Assembly: GCA_030141605.1 (NCBI GenBank)
Contig: JAQGDQ010000067.1
Span: 1-64,000, forward strand
Direction of reading: 5' to 3'
Length of the DNA stretch: 64,000 nucleotides
From: Tubiluchus corallicola
Lineage: Eukaryota > Animalia > Priapulida
Position 1 is the first letter of the stretch, and the number at the start of each line of letters is the position of its first letter. A model generated the notes under the pieces. That model searched no databases. It worked only from the letters and a program-made list of their open reading frames with translations, and was not told the DNA's origin. The translations under genes were made by a program, and so were the position numbers. Positions 40,341-53,959 of the stretch are shown piece after piece.

Positions 40341-42280
40341 GCATAATCAAACCAATGCACACCAACATGCACTTCCTTTCTAATTTTCATCATTGCACAT
40401 TAACCTACACCATACCTACCTGCCTTTCATTCTCCACTGCGTACTAAGAAATAAGATAATGGTTGGAAGCTAGTAGATTTTTATGGTGGGGGTGCAACTC
40501 TTTTCCTCCCAACTCATCCACAAATCTGACTACCCTGTCGCGTCATCTTTTATTCACAATAAAAGGGTTGTGCAACATACGTGGGCGGTTGTTGTCCTAC
40601 AATTTTCGAGAGGGCAACAAGGCATATAAACCAAAATTCAACGACACAGGTATAATTAATATATCTTTAGAGAGGTTGCACTTGAAAAGCCAGCGGGTCT
40701 AAGGCTTGATGTTACGTTTTACGGGGGTTTACTTAGGCATTATGGTTTTCCATGTTGACCATGACATGCATAGATTCCAAACATTCCGACAACAAAATCT
40801 TATATGAAATGGAGGAAAAGATTATGATTATGTTTACTATTTTTATTCACTTTTTGCTCTGTTTAGATAAATCAGAACAGGTTATATTATCAATAACAGT
40901 TTCGCGTAAAGGCAGTTAATAATAATAATAACAATGACAAAGTGAAAAGAAAACAAAATGTCTACTTATCAGTTAACCCTTCCCCTGAGAGGACAAGGAC
41001 ATGGGAGAGGAGTCCGCGGACGTAGCTCACTCCAGTCAGTCGCAGCAACACATCAACGACTTCAAGTCTATGGCCATAACAATCAATGGTGATGACGCCG
41101 GCTGCAGCACCAATCAAACATGAACTAAGGAATGGCTCACAAGTCTCTGTGGTTAACTCAGGATACGTCCACAATCCACAACGTCTGGACACTGGTGGCT
41201 AGTCACGCATTTCCATGTAGTTTAGAATAAGACACATTGTAGAGAGTTCCAACATCTCATCAGTGTGAATCCATCCACAACATCAAAACAGAAGTAGATT
41301 GGTATCACCACTGATAGTCTCTTTATGTTAGATCAGTCAAATAGTAGATGTGCACAAGTTTAATGCTTCAGAGACTCTTATAACCAAGATTAGGATTTTA
41401 ACCGCTTTTCGTAGAGTAAAGTTAAAGTTAAAAGTTAAGGCACTTTGGCTGCTTTCAGATTCAGCAGTTGCACTGTACTCTCCTGGATATCTGTGTCATG
41501 CATTTTCCAAGACCATGTTATGCATGGATAGGTTATAGTATATTACGAAAGGAGGGGTGATAGGTAGGAAGCCCTTCCCACAGACTATACTACAGCAATA
41601 TCTAGTTTAGCTATGTGTAAGAACCTTACAGTAATAAACTAATCAAATTTCAACAATGGACCATATGTATGACGACAACACTATTTGGCTCAGATGACAC
41701 TTCCTTTCTAATTTTCATCATTGCACATTAACCTACACCATACCTGCCTTTCATTCTCCACTGTGTACTAAGAAATAAGATCATAAACTAATCAAATTTC
41801 AACAATGGGCCGTAGGTATGACGACAACACTATTTGGCTCAGCTGAACACTAAGTTTCACAACAAGAGACGGATATTAGGAACGAAAATAGGTCAGACGA
41901 ACGAACACACCATCATTCATCTATCATTTTTACTCTATGTCATTCATATATTTTTCTATGTCTTCTTTAATATTTTTCTTTATTAATTTTTATTCACTTT
42001 AGCCCAATGATATCAATTTGGAAACACCTATAAATTTATAATTCAAGCGACATGACAACAACTTATTTTACGTTCCATTCCCCAAATTATAAAGATCACT
42101 AGAGCAGTATGATTTTACACCCCTTTCACATTCTTGAAATGTTATTTACAACAACATTATTTAACCCAACCGCCCATAATTTCAACACTATTTAGTCTCA
42201 TCATGTTGTAATATTTTTCTTTTTACCCAATAACTTCCTTTGCTCAAACAATTTTGTCAGCAAACTTTTATGCCTTTCAT

Positions 42281-42420
<140 letters not shown>

Positions 42421-42849
42421 TTACGCAATCTCAACCACGATGATATGCAATGAAGTAACAAAGACAATTATATTATGTTAAACAAAACCACAAATATGTT
42501 AGCACATCCACACCGCCATAAGCATTGGCACGCTACTGGACCAGATTACATTGCATCAGCTTATGCGGGTATCTCGCAATTCTGCTGACCAATGGGCCGA
42601 TGACGCCACAGTGATTGACTGATAACGGAATTGAAATACTGAAATTCGATTGGATTCGAATTCGCTTTCTGGCAGAGAATGCTTAGCCCTAACTGTCACG
42701 GGGGCGGATGACGTAATGATTGACAGATAATGGTAGCTGTGGGCAGACGATGTCATGACAGACACGCAACAGTCGCTGTGGGCGTATGACATCATGATTG
42801 ACAGACAATGGTCACTGTCATGCAAGCAGGCAATCAGTGTTAAGCTAAC

Positions 42850-43702
42850 TGTTGCAAATCCGATAAGTGCAAACAAGGACGAGAAGAATGAGCTGGAGCT
42901 TGTTTTGTCTGACATAATGAAGATGGTAAATGTGGTGAAGTCAAACAGTAAGAAACACATGATGTTTAGCATGCTGTGTGCAGATATGGAAGCTGAGCTT
43001 ATGAAACTGCTTTTTCTTTGTGAAATACGATGGCTTTCTCGCATGTTTTGGCTTTGAGAGATGAGCTTTTTTGTGTTTTCATAAGTTGGAGGACGACAAG
43101 GCTGTTAAATTGTAAGACGACTTCTGGATTGCAAAGCCAGCGTATTTGGCTTCGGTTTTTAGGCACTTGAATCAACTCAACCCGACTCTTCAGGGAAGAA
43201 GTGGTGACATTTTCACTGCCACGATCCAAGATCTTGAGTTTCAAGAAAAGGTCGAGCATTGGCAATCCAGGGTTATGATGTCATACTTTTCCAATTTTCC
43301 ATATAAGTTTTCAAAATGTTCTGCAGAAGTGTAATTGGTAGCAGTTATCTCCAAGAGGAACACCAGCTAACCATGGAAGAACAAATACCGTAGCTCGTCG
43401 ATGACCGTTTGTCACTTCCGAGGTCAAGATTCGAGAAGTATTTCCCCGCTGAAGAACGCGAACGTATTGCTGCCGTGAGCGGGTAGTCAACCCTTACGTG
43501 GTGGAGACCAACAATGAAAACCTCATTGATTTGAAAGAAGACATTGTGCAGAAGGTGGCGTTCAAGTCATTCATTGCCTACTCAGAATCTTGTGTATCAT
43601 TATTACGAATTCTGGAGTATGAAAACATTGCTAAAGAAGCCATAAAAGTGCTGGCAGAAACCCAAGTTCGTATTTGTGTGAGCAGGGTTTCTCGGCACTC
43701 AG
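42850..43702 (+). mobile_element. hAT (Buster/Charlie/ZBED5-like) transposase fragment
   Basis: KMVNVVKS, LL..CEIRWLSR, HLNQLNPTLQG and C-terminal CEQGFSAL dimerisation motif; frameshifted. Confidence 0.85.
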
Positions 43703-44420
43703 AGCATATATTTTCATTTTGGCCGAAAGAGGTAAGAAATGCATTAGCCTATTAATTATTCCAAGGGCATTACAAATCTTTTTATTTAAGACATTTGTAC
43801 GAACAGACCAAGACAAATGTTCATCGATGATTATGTCCAGAAATTTAAACGGCGTAACACGTTCAATTTCAGTATCACTAACTTTAAGATCTAAGGCTGG
43901 TATCCGTTTGTTCATAGTATGAAAAATCATATATTTTGTTTTAGTTATGTGTAAAGATAGTTTGTTTTCCAGTTACCATTTGTTAACTTTTTGCAATTCT
44001 TTGTTTTTCACGATTTATTGTCACAATTAACATTTGTGTTATGTAAGACTGAAGTTGTAAGAAGTGATGCATCATCTATATATAATACATATTTTACAGT
44101 ATTCTTAAATGCTATGTCATTTAAATAAATAATAAACAACAATAGACCTAAAATGGATCCTTGCGGGACACCTATATTTATCGGGAGAACATCAGACGAA
44201 CACTCATCATATACAACATATTGCTTACAATTTTTAAGTAGCTGTATAAGAATACTATTGTATCTCATTTAAACCATATTTTTTCAATTTATAAAGAAGA
44301 ACATTAAGCTCTAACGTGTCAAAGACTGGTTAAATGCAGAAATAACCCGCCAGACACCATAGCCTCTGACACTTCGTTTACAAATTCCAGTGTTGCCAAT
44401 TCTGTTGCCACACTGTGTCG
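43703..44420 (-). mobile_element. L2-like LINE RT fragment
   Basis: GVPQGSILGLLLFIIYLNDI, YIDD, FKFLDIIIDEHLSW. Confidence 0.8.
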
Positions 44421-44777
44421 AATATAAGCCACATGTATTCGTGAACACATGTTGCTGATACCTCATTGTGAAAATGTCAAATTGTTTAAAGTCAAATCAA
44501 AACACTTTCAAGATGAATTCTTCCTTTAAACCTTGAAGTATGTTAAATAACACAATTTAAGGATTTGAGCTATATGTGTTAACTGCAAATTTATGTATGC
44601 ATAGTATTCAAGCTGCATGGTGCAAGGTTATATGGGAAGTTTTGCAACATCATCTAAATAATTTGTTGTACAACTATCTGAAAAATGATTATTCTTGTGC
44701 ACTGCTTCTTGACACCGGACCCTGTTGTAGACTAAACGAGCACTGTGCTTAGATTTATCCTGTTTAAAGATTTTGTA

Positions 44778-44951
<174 letters not shown>

Positions 44952-45546
44952 TATGTGCTCTTTGGATGCACATTTTAGTAAAACTTCATTAGAGCTAGTT
45001 TTTCCGGAAACTGAATCTATGAGAAATTCTATTATAGACAAATTTTTCAATGAGAAATAAACTCATCTTTCGAAATATTAAATTTTTATTAGAAAAATTC
45101 AATGGTTTTGTTTTCGTTTTGAATGCTAAACCATCCTTTATATATATCTTGATGGTAGAGTTCAGTAGAAATAGTTGAATGCTTCTTGTAAAAATTTATT
45201 AAAATCCATTACATAGTGGCTCTTCAAGAAACAGCTACAATTTTTTGGCATAAAGAATTTAAATAATGTTCTTTATATATTTTCCTAACCCAAACTCTAT
45301 CTCAACCCTAACCATAACCCTAATCCGCTTCACAAACTAATTTCTTGTGTGTGGGAGATTGTAAAGTTTAGCTAAAAGTTAATAAAACCTGTTATGTAGT
45401 GGGTTTTTCATGAAACAGCTACAGCTTTTGCTATAAGAATTTAAACCATTCTTTATATATTCCTTAATGATGACTGGGCAGTGTGCAGTAAAAACATTGA
45501 ATTGTTCTTATTATAAAGAAGTTTAAAAACTTTACTCATACTGTAC

Positions 45547-45682
45547 CTGCTGTCCTCGTCCTAAGTTCAGCTTTAATATGATTTTTCCATGTTGGAGGAA
45601 TAACTCCAATTTGTCATTGCTACTGATATTATGTAGAGGTACAATACTGATTAACAGCCCGTTGGGACGATTGGTTCTGAAC
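45547..45682 (-). CDS. Nrxn: alpha-neurexin exon, LNS4 (FRTNRPNGLLISIVPLHNISSNDKLELFLQHGKIILKLNLGRGQQ)
   Basis: ttttttcag acceptor, GTACAG donor; 136 nt, phase 2/0. Confidence 0.88.
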
Positions 45683-46449
45683 CTGAAAAAATAATTACTA
45701 ACTAGATTAATTAATTGTCGTGAAGAGGGGAGACGGCAATTACCTATCAAACATAATTCATTTATGCCTAGCCAGTTTCGTGCAAATACTTTCTTGTTCA
45801 TTTTCAATACTAAAATCACCACACCATAGAAACAACCTTAATATAAAAATAGTAATAGCCAAATATTGAATACGTGTATAGAGATATAACATCTTACCCT
45901 ATTGAATGAAGGTAAAATGCTGTACGCTGTACACTGGCTAATGTCGAACAACGAAGCTGGGGCTTTAAAAATAACAAAGCAGTCTAGCCACTGATTGCCT
46001 CGTCCTTATTAATGAAGAGAGGAAAAAACAATGTATGTACTACTTCCTTTTCTTAATAAAGCCTGAAGCTCAATGCCCGACATCAGCAAATGTACAACAT
46101 TAGCTGATTTTATCATCATATATATTAATTTCTGTGGTATGTCTCCCTAAGATACGATAAAGTTACATTCCATGGTCTAAAATGGTTTTTAATAAGTGGA
46201 CATTGGATTTAGAGGAACATGTAATTGTCCACTTAATTTTGTCAGCTTTCAAACTCAGCGAATGTTATCTGCTAGTAGAGGTCACGTTTTCAATTTTTAA
46301 GTACATACTGAAACGTTTGTTTGATATAAAGCATTTTTCTGGTGTTCCATAATAGGGTTTAATGATATTTATAATATGTCCACCTAAATCCAGTGATATA
46401 AACTGGTGACTTTAGGAGACTTTGAGTTTTCTTCAAATATATTTTAATC

Positions 46450-49400
46450 AAAAGTGCATATCTACATTATGTATACATAATATTAATGTAGGGCATGCTC
46501 TAAGAATCTCAGTGTTTGTTCAGACAAATAATGGTAGTTCTAATATCCGTGCATGTCCAGATACTGGTGCTGACATATGTTGTGCTAGTCTAGCTGTGTT
46601 AAGACAATTAAATGAATCTCAATTCAATTTACGTGACCCGATTGAGGCACCAGAGTGCATAGATGGACGTAAGGTCCATACAACTGGAAATTTGTCTGTC
46701 ATTTTTAAATTAGGTGATGTCAGTGTTCATGAAACATTATGTAATACCAAGAATGGAAGGGCTAGCATTGCCTTGGTCATGTGCCGTGATTTAGGTCTCA
46801 TACCGAAAAATTATCCTGAACAAATCTCAAAAATATCTTGTAGTAGTATTAATAGGATTCACAATGAGCATGATATGAGAACCATGTTAATGCAAGAGTT
46901 CCCAACTGTATTTGATGGAATTGTACGGCCAATACCTGGTGAAGTATTTAAAATTACTCTTGTAGATAATGTTGTTCCATTTTGTGTAAAGGCACCAAGA
47001 CGTATACCATATGCGTACGAGAGTAAGTTAAAGGAACATTTAAATCAACTTGAAGATAAGGGTATCTATTTTTAGGGTATAGAAAAAGTATAGATCAGGG
47101 TATCATAGAAAAAGTAGCCTATCCAACCCCACGGTGTGCCCCAATTGTAGTGGCACCTAAAAAGGAATCTGATGATATTCGCCTATGCGTAGACTTGTCA
47201 AAACTAAATGTTTGTTAACCGTGAGAGGTATCAGTCTCCCACACCAGCTCAAGCTGTTGCTGATGTTTGTGAAGAAAATGCTAAAATTTTTAGCGTGTTA
47301 GATGCTAAGAAATGTACCATCAGATTCCATCAGAAGCTTCAAGTCAAGATTTGACGTGCTTTATGACTCCATTTGGTTATTAAAAGTATATAAGAGCTAT
47401 TATGGGTTATGTTCAATAAGTGAACACTACAATAGAAGAATGGATGAGGCATTTGAAGGCCTCGAGGGTTTTAGAAAGGTAGTAGATGATGTGGTTGTTC
47501 ATGATAAGGATATTAATAACCATGCAGCACATCTTAGAGAATTCCTGCAGCAGTGTAAAGATCGTAATATTGCATTAAATCCTGATAAGTTTGTCTGTGG
47601 CAAAGTAAGGTCAAATTTGCTGGCTTTGAGTTGTCTAGTAAATGGTTTAGAATTGATCCGGCTATAGAGGAAGCCATCCAGAATTTTCCTACGCCTCAGA
47701 ACATAACGGATCTGCGCTCTTTCCATGGTTTGGTACAACAGTTGTCATCCCTCACTCATACAGTATCGGATGCAATGAATCCCTTATGGCCATTGCTTAG
47801 TAGTAAGAACAAATTCTTGTGGGATTCCACACATGATGCTTTTTTGAGTAAGGCAAAGGCATCATTGTCCAATCCCCCGACTTTGGCATTTTACGATCCG
47901 TCAAAACCTACTGCATTATACACCGATGCGTCTAGGTTGAATGGCTTAGGTTTTATCTTGGTACAGCAACAAGCTGATAGTTCGTGGAAATTAGTTCGTG
48001 GTTCTAGTTTCCTGCCTGATGCAGAATTTCGCTATGCAACTATGGAATTAGAAATGCTAGCAGTCGCTTTGTCTGTTAATGTATGCAAAATCTTTTTGCA
48101 AGGCTTGCCAAAATTTCAATTGCTATTTGATCACAAGCCACTGTTGTCAATATTGAATAAGAAACAGCTTGACGAGATAGGGAACCCAAGATTGCAAAAC
48201 CTCAAATCAAAGCTCATGCCTTATAATTATGTGGCTTCTTGGTTACAAGATAAGGCTCACTCAGCGGCTGATGTTCTTTCTCGTTATCCATTTCTCCGCC
48301 CTACGGGTGGATGATGAACATGCAGAAAGTGACATTTCTAATACAGTTCATGTTATACGAGAATATCGAGAATGATCGAGAATATCAGCAGTTGCTCCAT
48401 GTTGTGCAACATGGATTTCCCAATAGTAAATCAGCTTTACAATTCAGCTTGAGGCAATATTGGTCTGTTGATGAACAACTATCAATTGATAATGACTTAC
48501 TACTTGTAGGTTGTAGGATTCTCATTCCTCAGACACTTCGGGTAAAAATCTTAAAACTTTTACATCAAGGTCATCGAGGCATAGAGCGCACTAAAGAGCG
48601 TGCACGTCTAATCGTATAGTGGCCTAATATTACAAATGATATTGAGAATGTTGTCCGTTCATGTATAGATTGTGAACGAAAGCTTCCATCTCAAGCGAAA
48701 GAGCCCATGATGAAGCACCCTCAAACAAGTAGGCCATTCAAAATCGACTAAATTAGCTGAAGAAAAAGCTGCTAAGATAAATAGGCAAGTAGAAGAGCGT
48801 TACAATTGTCATGCTAAACCTTTTCCTCACCTTAGTGTAGGGACCAAGGTAGTGGTACAAAACCATGTGACTAATGAGTGGGATATTTATGGTACAATTG
48901 TGGAAATAGGTAGATATCGCAGATATTATGTGAAACTTGATTCTAGTGGTAGAGTTTTGACGAGAAACAGAAAGTTTTTAAGGCGAAGATATTCTGTATA
49001 TGTTTCTCAGATTCCTTCTGTTGTAGGAGATAACAGTAATGACAGTTCTGATATTGTTCAACCACAAAATGCCCCACCACCAGTTAATGATGTTATCCCA
49101 CCTGAGCCATTAAATCAACTCCAAGAAAATAATGTCAATCGTTACCCGATAACGACTAGAAGTGGAAGGGAGGCCAGACCTCCTCGTCGTCTTATAGAAG
49201 AAGATTAATTTGATGAAGTTGTTTCAAAATTATCTTTTACTTAACATAATTACAATATTAATAACTTACAGTTGAATTACGTTTGGAAAACTTTCATGAT
49301 AATTTGTATCCATCTTTTAAAAGAACAAGTAGTCACAATTTCAGTTTAATTCGTTAAAAATTCCATTTGTGCTTGGGGAACTGAATTTCTATAGTATTTA

Positions 49401-49620
49401 GGCCTGTGATTGATACCAATGTCTCAGACCTGTTGAATGACAGTAATAACCACTGAGTTAGTTGAACATGGCTGTATAATCACACATAGGTTATGTGTTT
49501 TGAATTAAGTTATTTCCAATTATCTTTGCTAATTGTTAATAACTGGGGACGTGTATGAGTTTGTATTTTTAGTGGATAGCTGGAGCGAGCACGTCGAGAG
49601 CGAAAAACAATATTCAACAG
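46450..49620 (+). mobile_element. Decayed Ty3/Gypsy pol (PR-RT-RH-IN) with integrase core deleted; PPT-like tract and possible 3' LTR start near 49552
   Basis: PDTGAD, VVDD, YTDAS, ELEMLAV, HQGHRG...SCIDC, RNRKFLR, TTRSGR..RPPRRL; ctggggacgTGTATGAG at 49543-49559. Confidence 0.88.
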
Positions 49621-50324
49621 ATAGTCGAATATTATGTGAACAAATTTTTTAAAATACAAGTAATGAGTACTGTATTTACAAAATCCATTGCTTTATCGTA
49701 TTTGTATTTTACGTTTTAAATACAAACAAAGTTAAAACAGTCTCTCTCTATATATATATTAACCTCCAAAAATGGCCATTTTTCGGCCGTTTTTGCAAAA
49801 CTTATACCTCTTATTTCTGGAGAACGGGAATGTGCCCTGCATGGTGCCAATAGTGGTTGTATAGTCCGTCCAATGGTGGGTGTAGTAGACATATTTAGAA
49901 TTCGCGGGAGAGCCGCAACGGGCGTTTTCCCGTACCCAACTCCCGATTTTTTCGAAATTTCGATCAAACAGCCTGTAGAAAAAACATGCTAGCGGCGCCT
50001 GGTGGCACTCTGTGACGAGTTAATTTGAGGTTCGATTTCGGTCGATTTTCGCTTGGAAAACTGCTGACGCAAAGCCACATTGTTGTGACGTCATCCATTA
50101 TACTCTGTCCATAATTTTGCTTCAGTAAAAGCTGCTGCTGTCTGTTATAATGTAAACGTTATAATAGTAGTCAGTCCATTACAATCAAAAGGAGTAGTTT
50201 GCAAACACCACGTAGAATGCGCCTGCATTATTGATCATTGGTAGATGGGTCTAATAGCATTTATCATAACATGCAATTTCAACGTTGTGCAAAATGTTTT
50301 GCGTGGTTTCGCTATGCTGCTGTG

Positions 50325-50545
50325 TTGTTGGTGTTGTCGTCGTCGTCACCATCATCATCATCGTCATCATTATAATCACCATGTGAAGTGATGGGTTTGG
50401 GGTGGTGGGTGTGGTGTGTTGTAGGTAGTGTGATGTGGTGTGGTGTATGAGTGGTGTGGTTTGGTGGTATGGTGTGGGTGGTGTGGTGTGGTGTGGTGTG
50501 GTGCGGGAAGCGTGGTTGTGTGGTATGATGTGGGTGGTGTGATGT
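50325..50545. repeat. Low-complexity tract with (TCA)n and (GTGGT)n
   Basis: Read directly. Confidence 0.85.
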
Positions 50546-51682
50546 GTTCACTTATGCGCAAAATTCTTTTTGCGGGGTTTGGCTAGTATAACATTATTTT
50601 CACTAATATGAAACATTGTTAACACTACACTACACGTCACGACATGCAACTGAGATGCTGAGGTTTTCTTCCTATGAAATCTGTTTCCCAAAGTTCAATC
50701 AGCCCAATGTGGTGTACCATTTCAAATATCAATGGTGCAATGAATTTAGAGAGTTTTAAGGAATTTAAAGAACTGCGAAGTCAAATTGACGCTTAACGAG
50801 GCTAAACCTGGAAGCCTAAACCTGTAGTGGGATATTTTATTCCGCCATAATTCCATGGAGAGGAAAGGTTTTCCCTCTATTTGGATTCTATGAAGGCTAA
50901 ACAAACAAGTTAGCACTTACGTCCTTACACTTTCGCTTTGCAAAAGTGTGGGCTAACTGTGTGGGAGTCCAAAATCTAAAATGGTCACCATCGCCCATTT
51001 TGAAAATGATTTTTTTCAGTAGTTCACCATTTCAGTTGTTTGGCCTACAGTGCTGCACAATACATATTTGGTGTCTTTTTCTATCTTTTAAGTGGCTTAG
51101 TCTGCAAGGCAACATAGCAGGTGGTTCTCAGGACATGTGAGGCCAAAGAATTTACATTTTAGTTATTTATCCCATTTTTGCCAAGTTAGCAGCCAATGTA
51201 TTGCCTGGTAACATTTTTTAGTCAACGTCAATGATATACAAGAGGGCAACCTGTGATTTGTGATTCGAAAGTGAACAAAGCAGATCTAAAAATCAAAGAC
51301 CAATAGGAGGTGTAGTTTGTCCTTCACATCGACATGGAGATCTAACTTGTCTTCGTCATGTGAGAGATGGGTCCTGCCTTTTTTCAGTTTACACCAATTG
51401 AATCCTGCAGCCTGCCCACACATTATATCTGTGCAGCCAAAATAAACTTTGGAGGGAATAAATGTCTTCATAAACTTGCTCTTACTTCTCTAGTTCCAAT
51501 TTCTCACCTAGTCACATGAGATGCTCTCTAACAGTCAATGAAATTTTTTGAGTAAAGATTGTTGTCGTTGTTTTGGCTGCTGCTCTGTTGTTGCTCTGTA
51601 CCGTCCACTAGAGCTCAACAGAATGCGCTGTACCTGTTTCATTATTGCAAGGGATATTTCTCACTTTTCTAGCAAAATTTAC

Positions 51683-51773
51683 CTAAGAGACATATCTTCT
51701 GCTTCCGTTTGAGATACATGTGGCATAGTTATCTTCAGATATTGGCTCCCATCAAAATTTAGTGTAGTGGCAG
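51683..51773 (-). CDS. Nrxn: alpha-neurexin exon, LNS4 start (AATTLNFDGSQYLKITMPHVSQTEAEDMSLR)
   Basis: Translated by hand; tttttgtag acceptor, GTAAAT donor; 91 nt, phase 1/2; TEAED.SLR motif. Confidence 0.93.
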
Positions 51774-52779
51774 CTACAAAAATGAAAATTGCTCGTAATT
51801 ACGTGCATTGTGTCTTTCGCTGTCCATTTGCTTGCAAATGTTTTAAATAATTATGATTATCTCAGTATTTTTGTCCATTGCACGAAAATTGAACATTTTT
51901 TTCTAGAAATAGTAGTTTTATTATAGAAAAAGCACATCATCGTGGGCGTAGGATAAAGAGAATGTTAGTGTGAAATAATAGAAAAATTATCCTGGGTTGG
52001 GTGGCCGAGTGGTCTAGATTTCAGACTGCTACCACGCAGTCACTGGAAGCTGTCAAAATTCCCTAATATTCTATACGATTCGTTATTAGTGTGTTGTGGC
52101 CGTTAGTACTAATTTTGTTAAAATGAGCGACAGTAAATTAATGACGTCTTTTTCCTTTTTGTCTTTTAACGGTATTTGAAAAATAATTAATGAGAATAGT
52201 ACTTCTAAAATCTTAAACAACAGCAAACGGTTTTTAAGGCTATTAAAAACATTATAAGAGCTCAATTTATTTCAGTTATTGCTCCCATATGTCAGTGAAA
52301 TTCATCAGGAATCACAAATGCGTTAATCTTTTTGGACTATTTTTGGTCTATCAACACGGAGCACTAGTCCATCAACGTATCAAGCTTGCTGACGTATTTT
52401 GCATGTCAAATTTTATGATTATGATGCTATAATATGGCACAATTTAGATTCAATATTGCACAAGACGTTGAAGTTCTTTATTCTAAAGTAGGCCGTTTAT
52501 CATTTTAAAGCTTCTCATCCTTACTAAAGGTGATCAGTGACATTGCGCTCCTAGCTTTCTATCGATGACATACATCTTGCCACCTCAACATATCTATTGG
52601 CACAACTGTCTTAACTACCTTGTGCTCTTCTTTACAACACAGTTGGTATCACCGACCTTCGACTCAGTCTCATACATGGTAAATGACTTGTAAAGGATTT
52701 GCGGGTATAAGAATAAAACGAAAACTTTGAAAACTATAGCCTGGTTGCTTATCAAAACAACTTTTCTCGGCTTTTTGTC

Positions 52780-53040
52780 AGGCTTTCTCGACAGCCAGAG
52801 ACATAGTTTAACAGAAATTGTTTTTTTTCCAAGAGTTTCAATATCCCTTCTACGGATCTGCCCAAACACCAGTTCAGAAAGGCTAAAACCCAGGCAAATG
52901 TGGGCATTTTCTCTTATGGTAAACAATAACAAGTCTGGGTCTAAATCCCGATTTTTTCCAGATTTTTTAAACAATATACGTAGCGTGACACGCGGGTAAA
53001 CACATCCACGATGAGTTCATCTTTTTAACACATTTGCGTT
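52780..53040 (-). mobile_element. Gypsy integrase fragment
   Basis: LLLFTIRENAHICLGFSLSELVFGQ resembles LLFAYRE..Q.STGFSPFEL.FG. Confidence 0.6.
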
Positions 53041-53222
53041 TGCTATTCAAAGCACAACTGAAGTTAGGTAAGCAGGGTTATAACAACTCAATCAAGGTAT
53101 ACTGAAATTTGAAAATATAAATTTTCTATAATATTGATACATTAACCTGGCTATAACATAAAACGAACATTAAATTCTGTGTATTTAACATCAAACACGA
53201 CGTTAAGACACCATAACATTAC

Positions 53223-53529
53223 CTTCAGAGCAAGATGGTCCCCAGTAATCCGTGCCTGTACAATCACACACAACACGATTCCAACCTTCAGTGCACCGAC
53301 CATCATAACATGTCTCTTCTTCACACAATGGTGGTAACTTTCGACAATATGGCTTAATTTCCCTTTGGTTTTGTTCCACTGCTGCAGCAGCCAGATCTAC
53401 AATTTTTCCATTTACCAATAAGTCTCTCATACAACCAACAAAACCGTATTGCAACATAGCAGACCACACTTCGCGTGGGAGCAGCATGGCATTGTTACTT
53501 CTGTCTACACTTCCAACAAAGAGATAACC
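53223..53529 (-). CDS. Nrxn: alpha-neurexin exon, LNS3 end plus EGF2 (GYLFVG...LPREVWSAMLQYGFVGCMRDL...CYDGRCTEGWNRVVCDCTGTDYWGPSCSE)
   Basis: atacag acceptor, GTAATG donor; 307 nt, phase 0/1; EGWNR..CDC.GT.Y.G.SC is the neurexin EGF2 signature. Confidence 0.95.
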
Positions 53530-53717
53530 CTGTATAATAAAAATAAAGCAAAAACTTAGAGCCATAATGTGAATAATGTGAAGTAAATGCAGATTTTCAC
53601 TTTTGAATAATCTAAGTATGTATTAATTCTCCAGGTATATTTATGGATGGATGTCTGGATATATAAGTGTTTATCTGGAATTGTAAGTGTAAATCACAAT
53701 TGTTTGATTCAAGCAGG

Positions 53718-53747
53718 TGACGTTTCAATCCTCGTGATCGTCATCAA
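53718..53747 (-). ncRNA. Degenerate minimal hammerhead ribozyme (Penelope pLTR type)
   Basis: Minus strand tTGATGA-CGATC-acgag-GATTG-AAACGTCA; first core base C is replaced by T. Confidence 0.45.
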
Positions 53748-53959
53748 ATGTATATTTAATACCCCTTCACATAGTCGCTTCTTATACCACTTTTGAGGTT
53801 TAGGGAATTGCAAAGTTGAATTTGAATTTAACTTTTTTATTTCACACTCATACATACATACAATCGCGCACAAACTGTAAATACTATTTACAAACAGACA
53901 CAGAAAATGCTAAGCCATTTGTGACTTAATTCCCTACGATATAAACCAAATAAAAATAT

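Noticed and set aside
45284-45326. Telomere-like cctaac/ccctaa repeats
   Set aside because: Short and degenerate; common inside invertebrate repeats, not evidence of a fusion site
45898-45963. Minus-strand AG...GTAAG-bounded mini-exon candidate (APASLFDISQCTAYSILPSFNR)
   Set aside because: No neurexin similarity and wrong phase; the true linking exon is 51683-51773
51995-52050. tRNA-like start GGGTGGCCGAGTGGTCTAGA
   Set aside because: No T-arm/B-box or acceptor stem; probably a truncated SINE head
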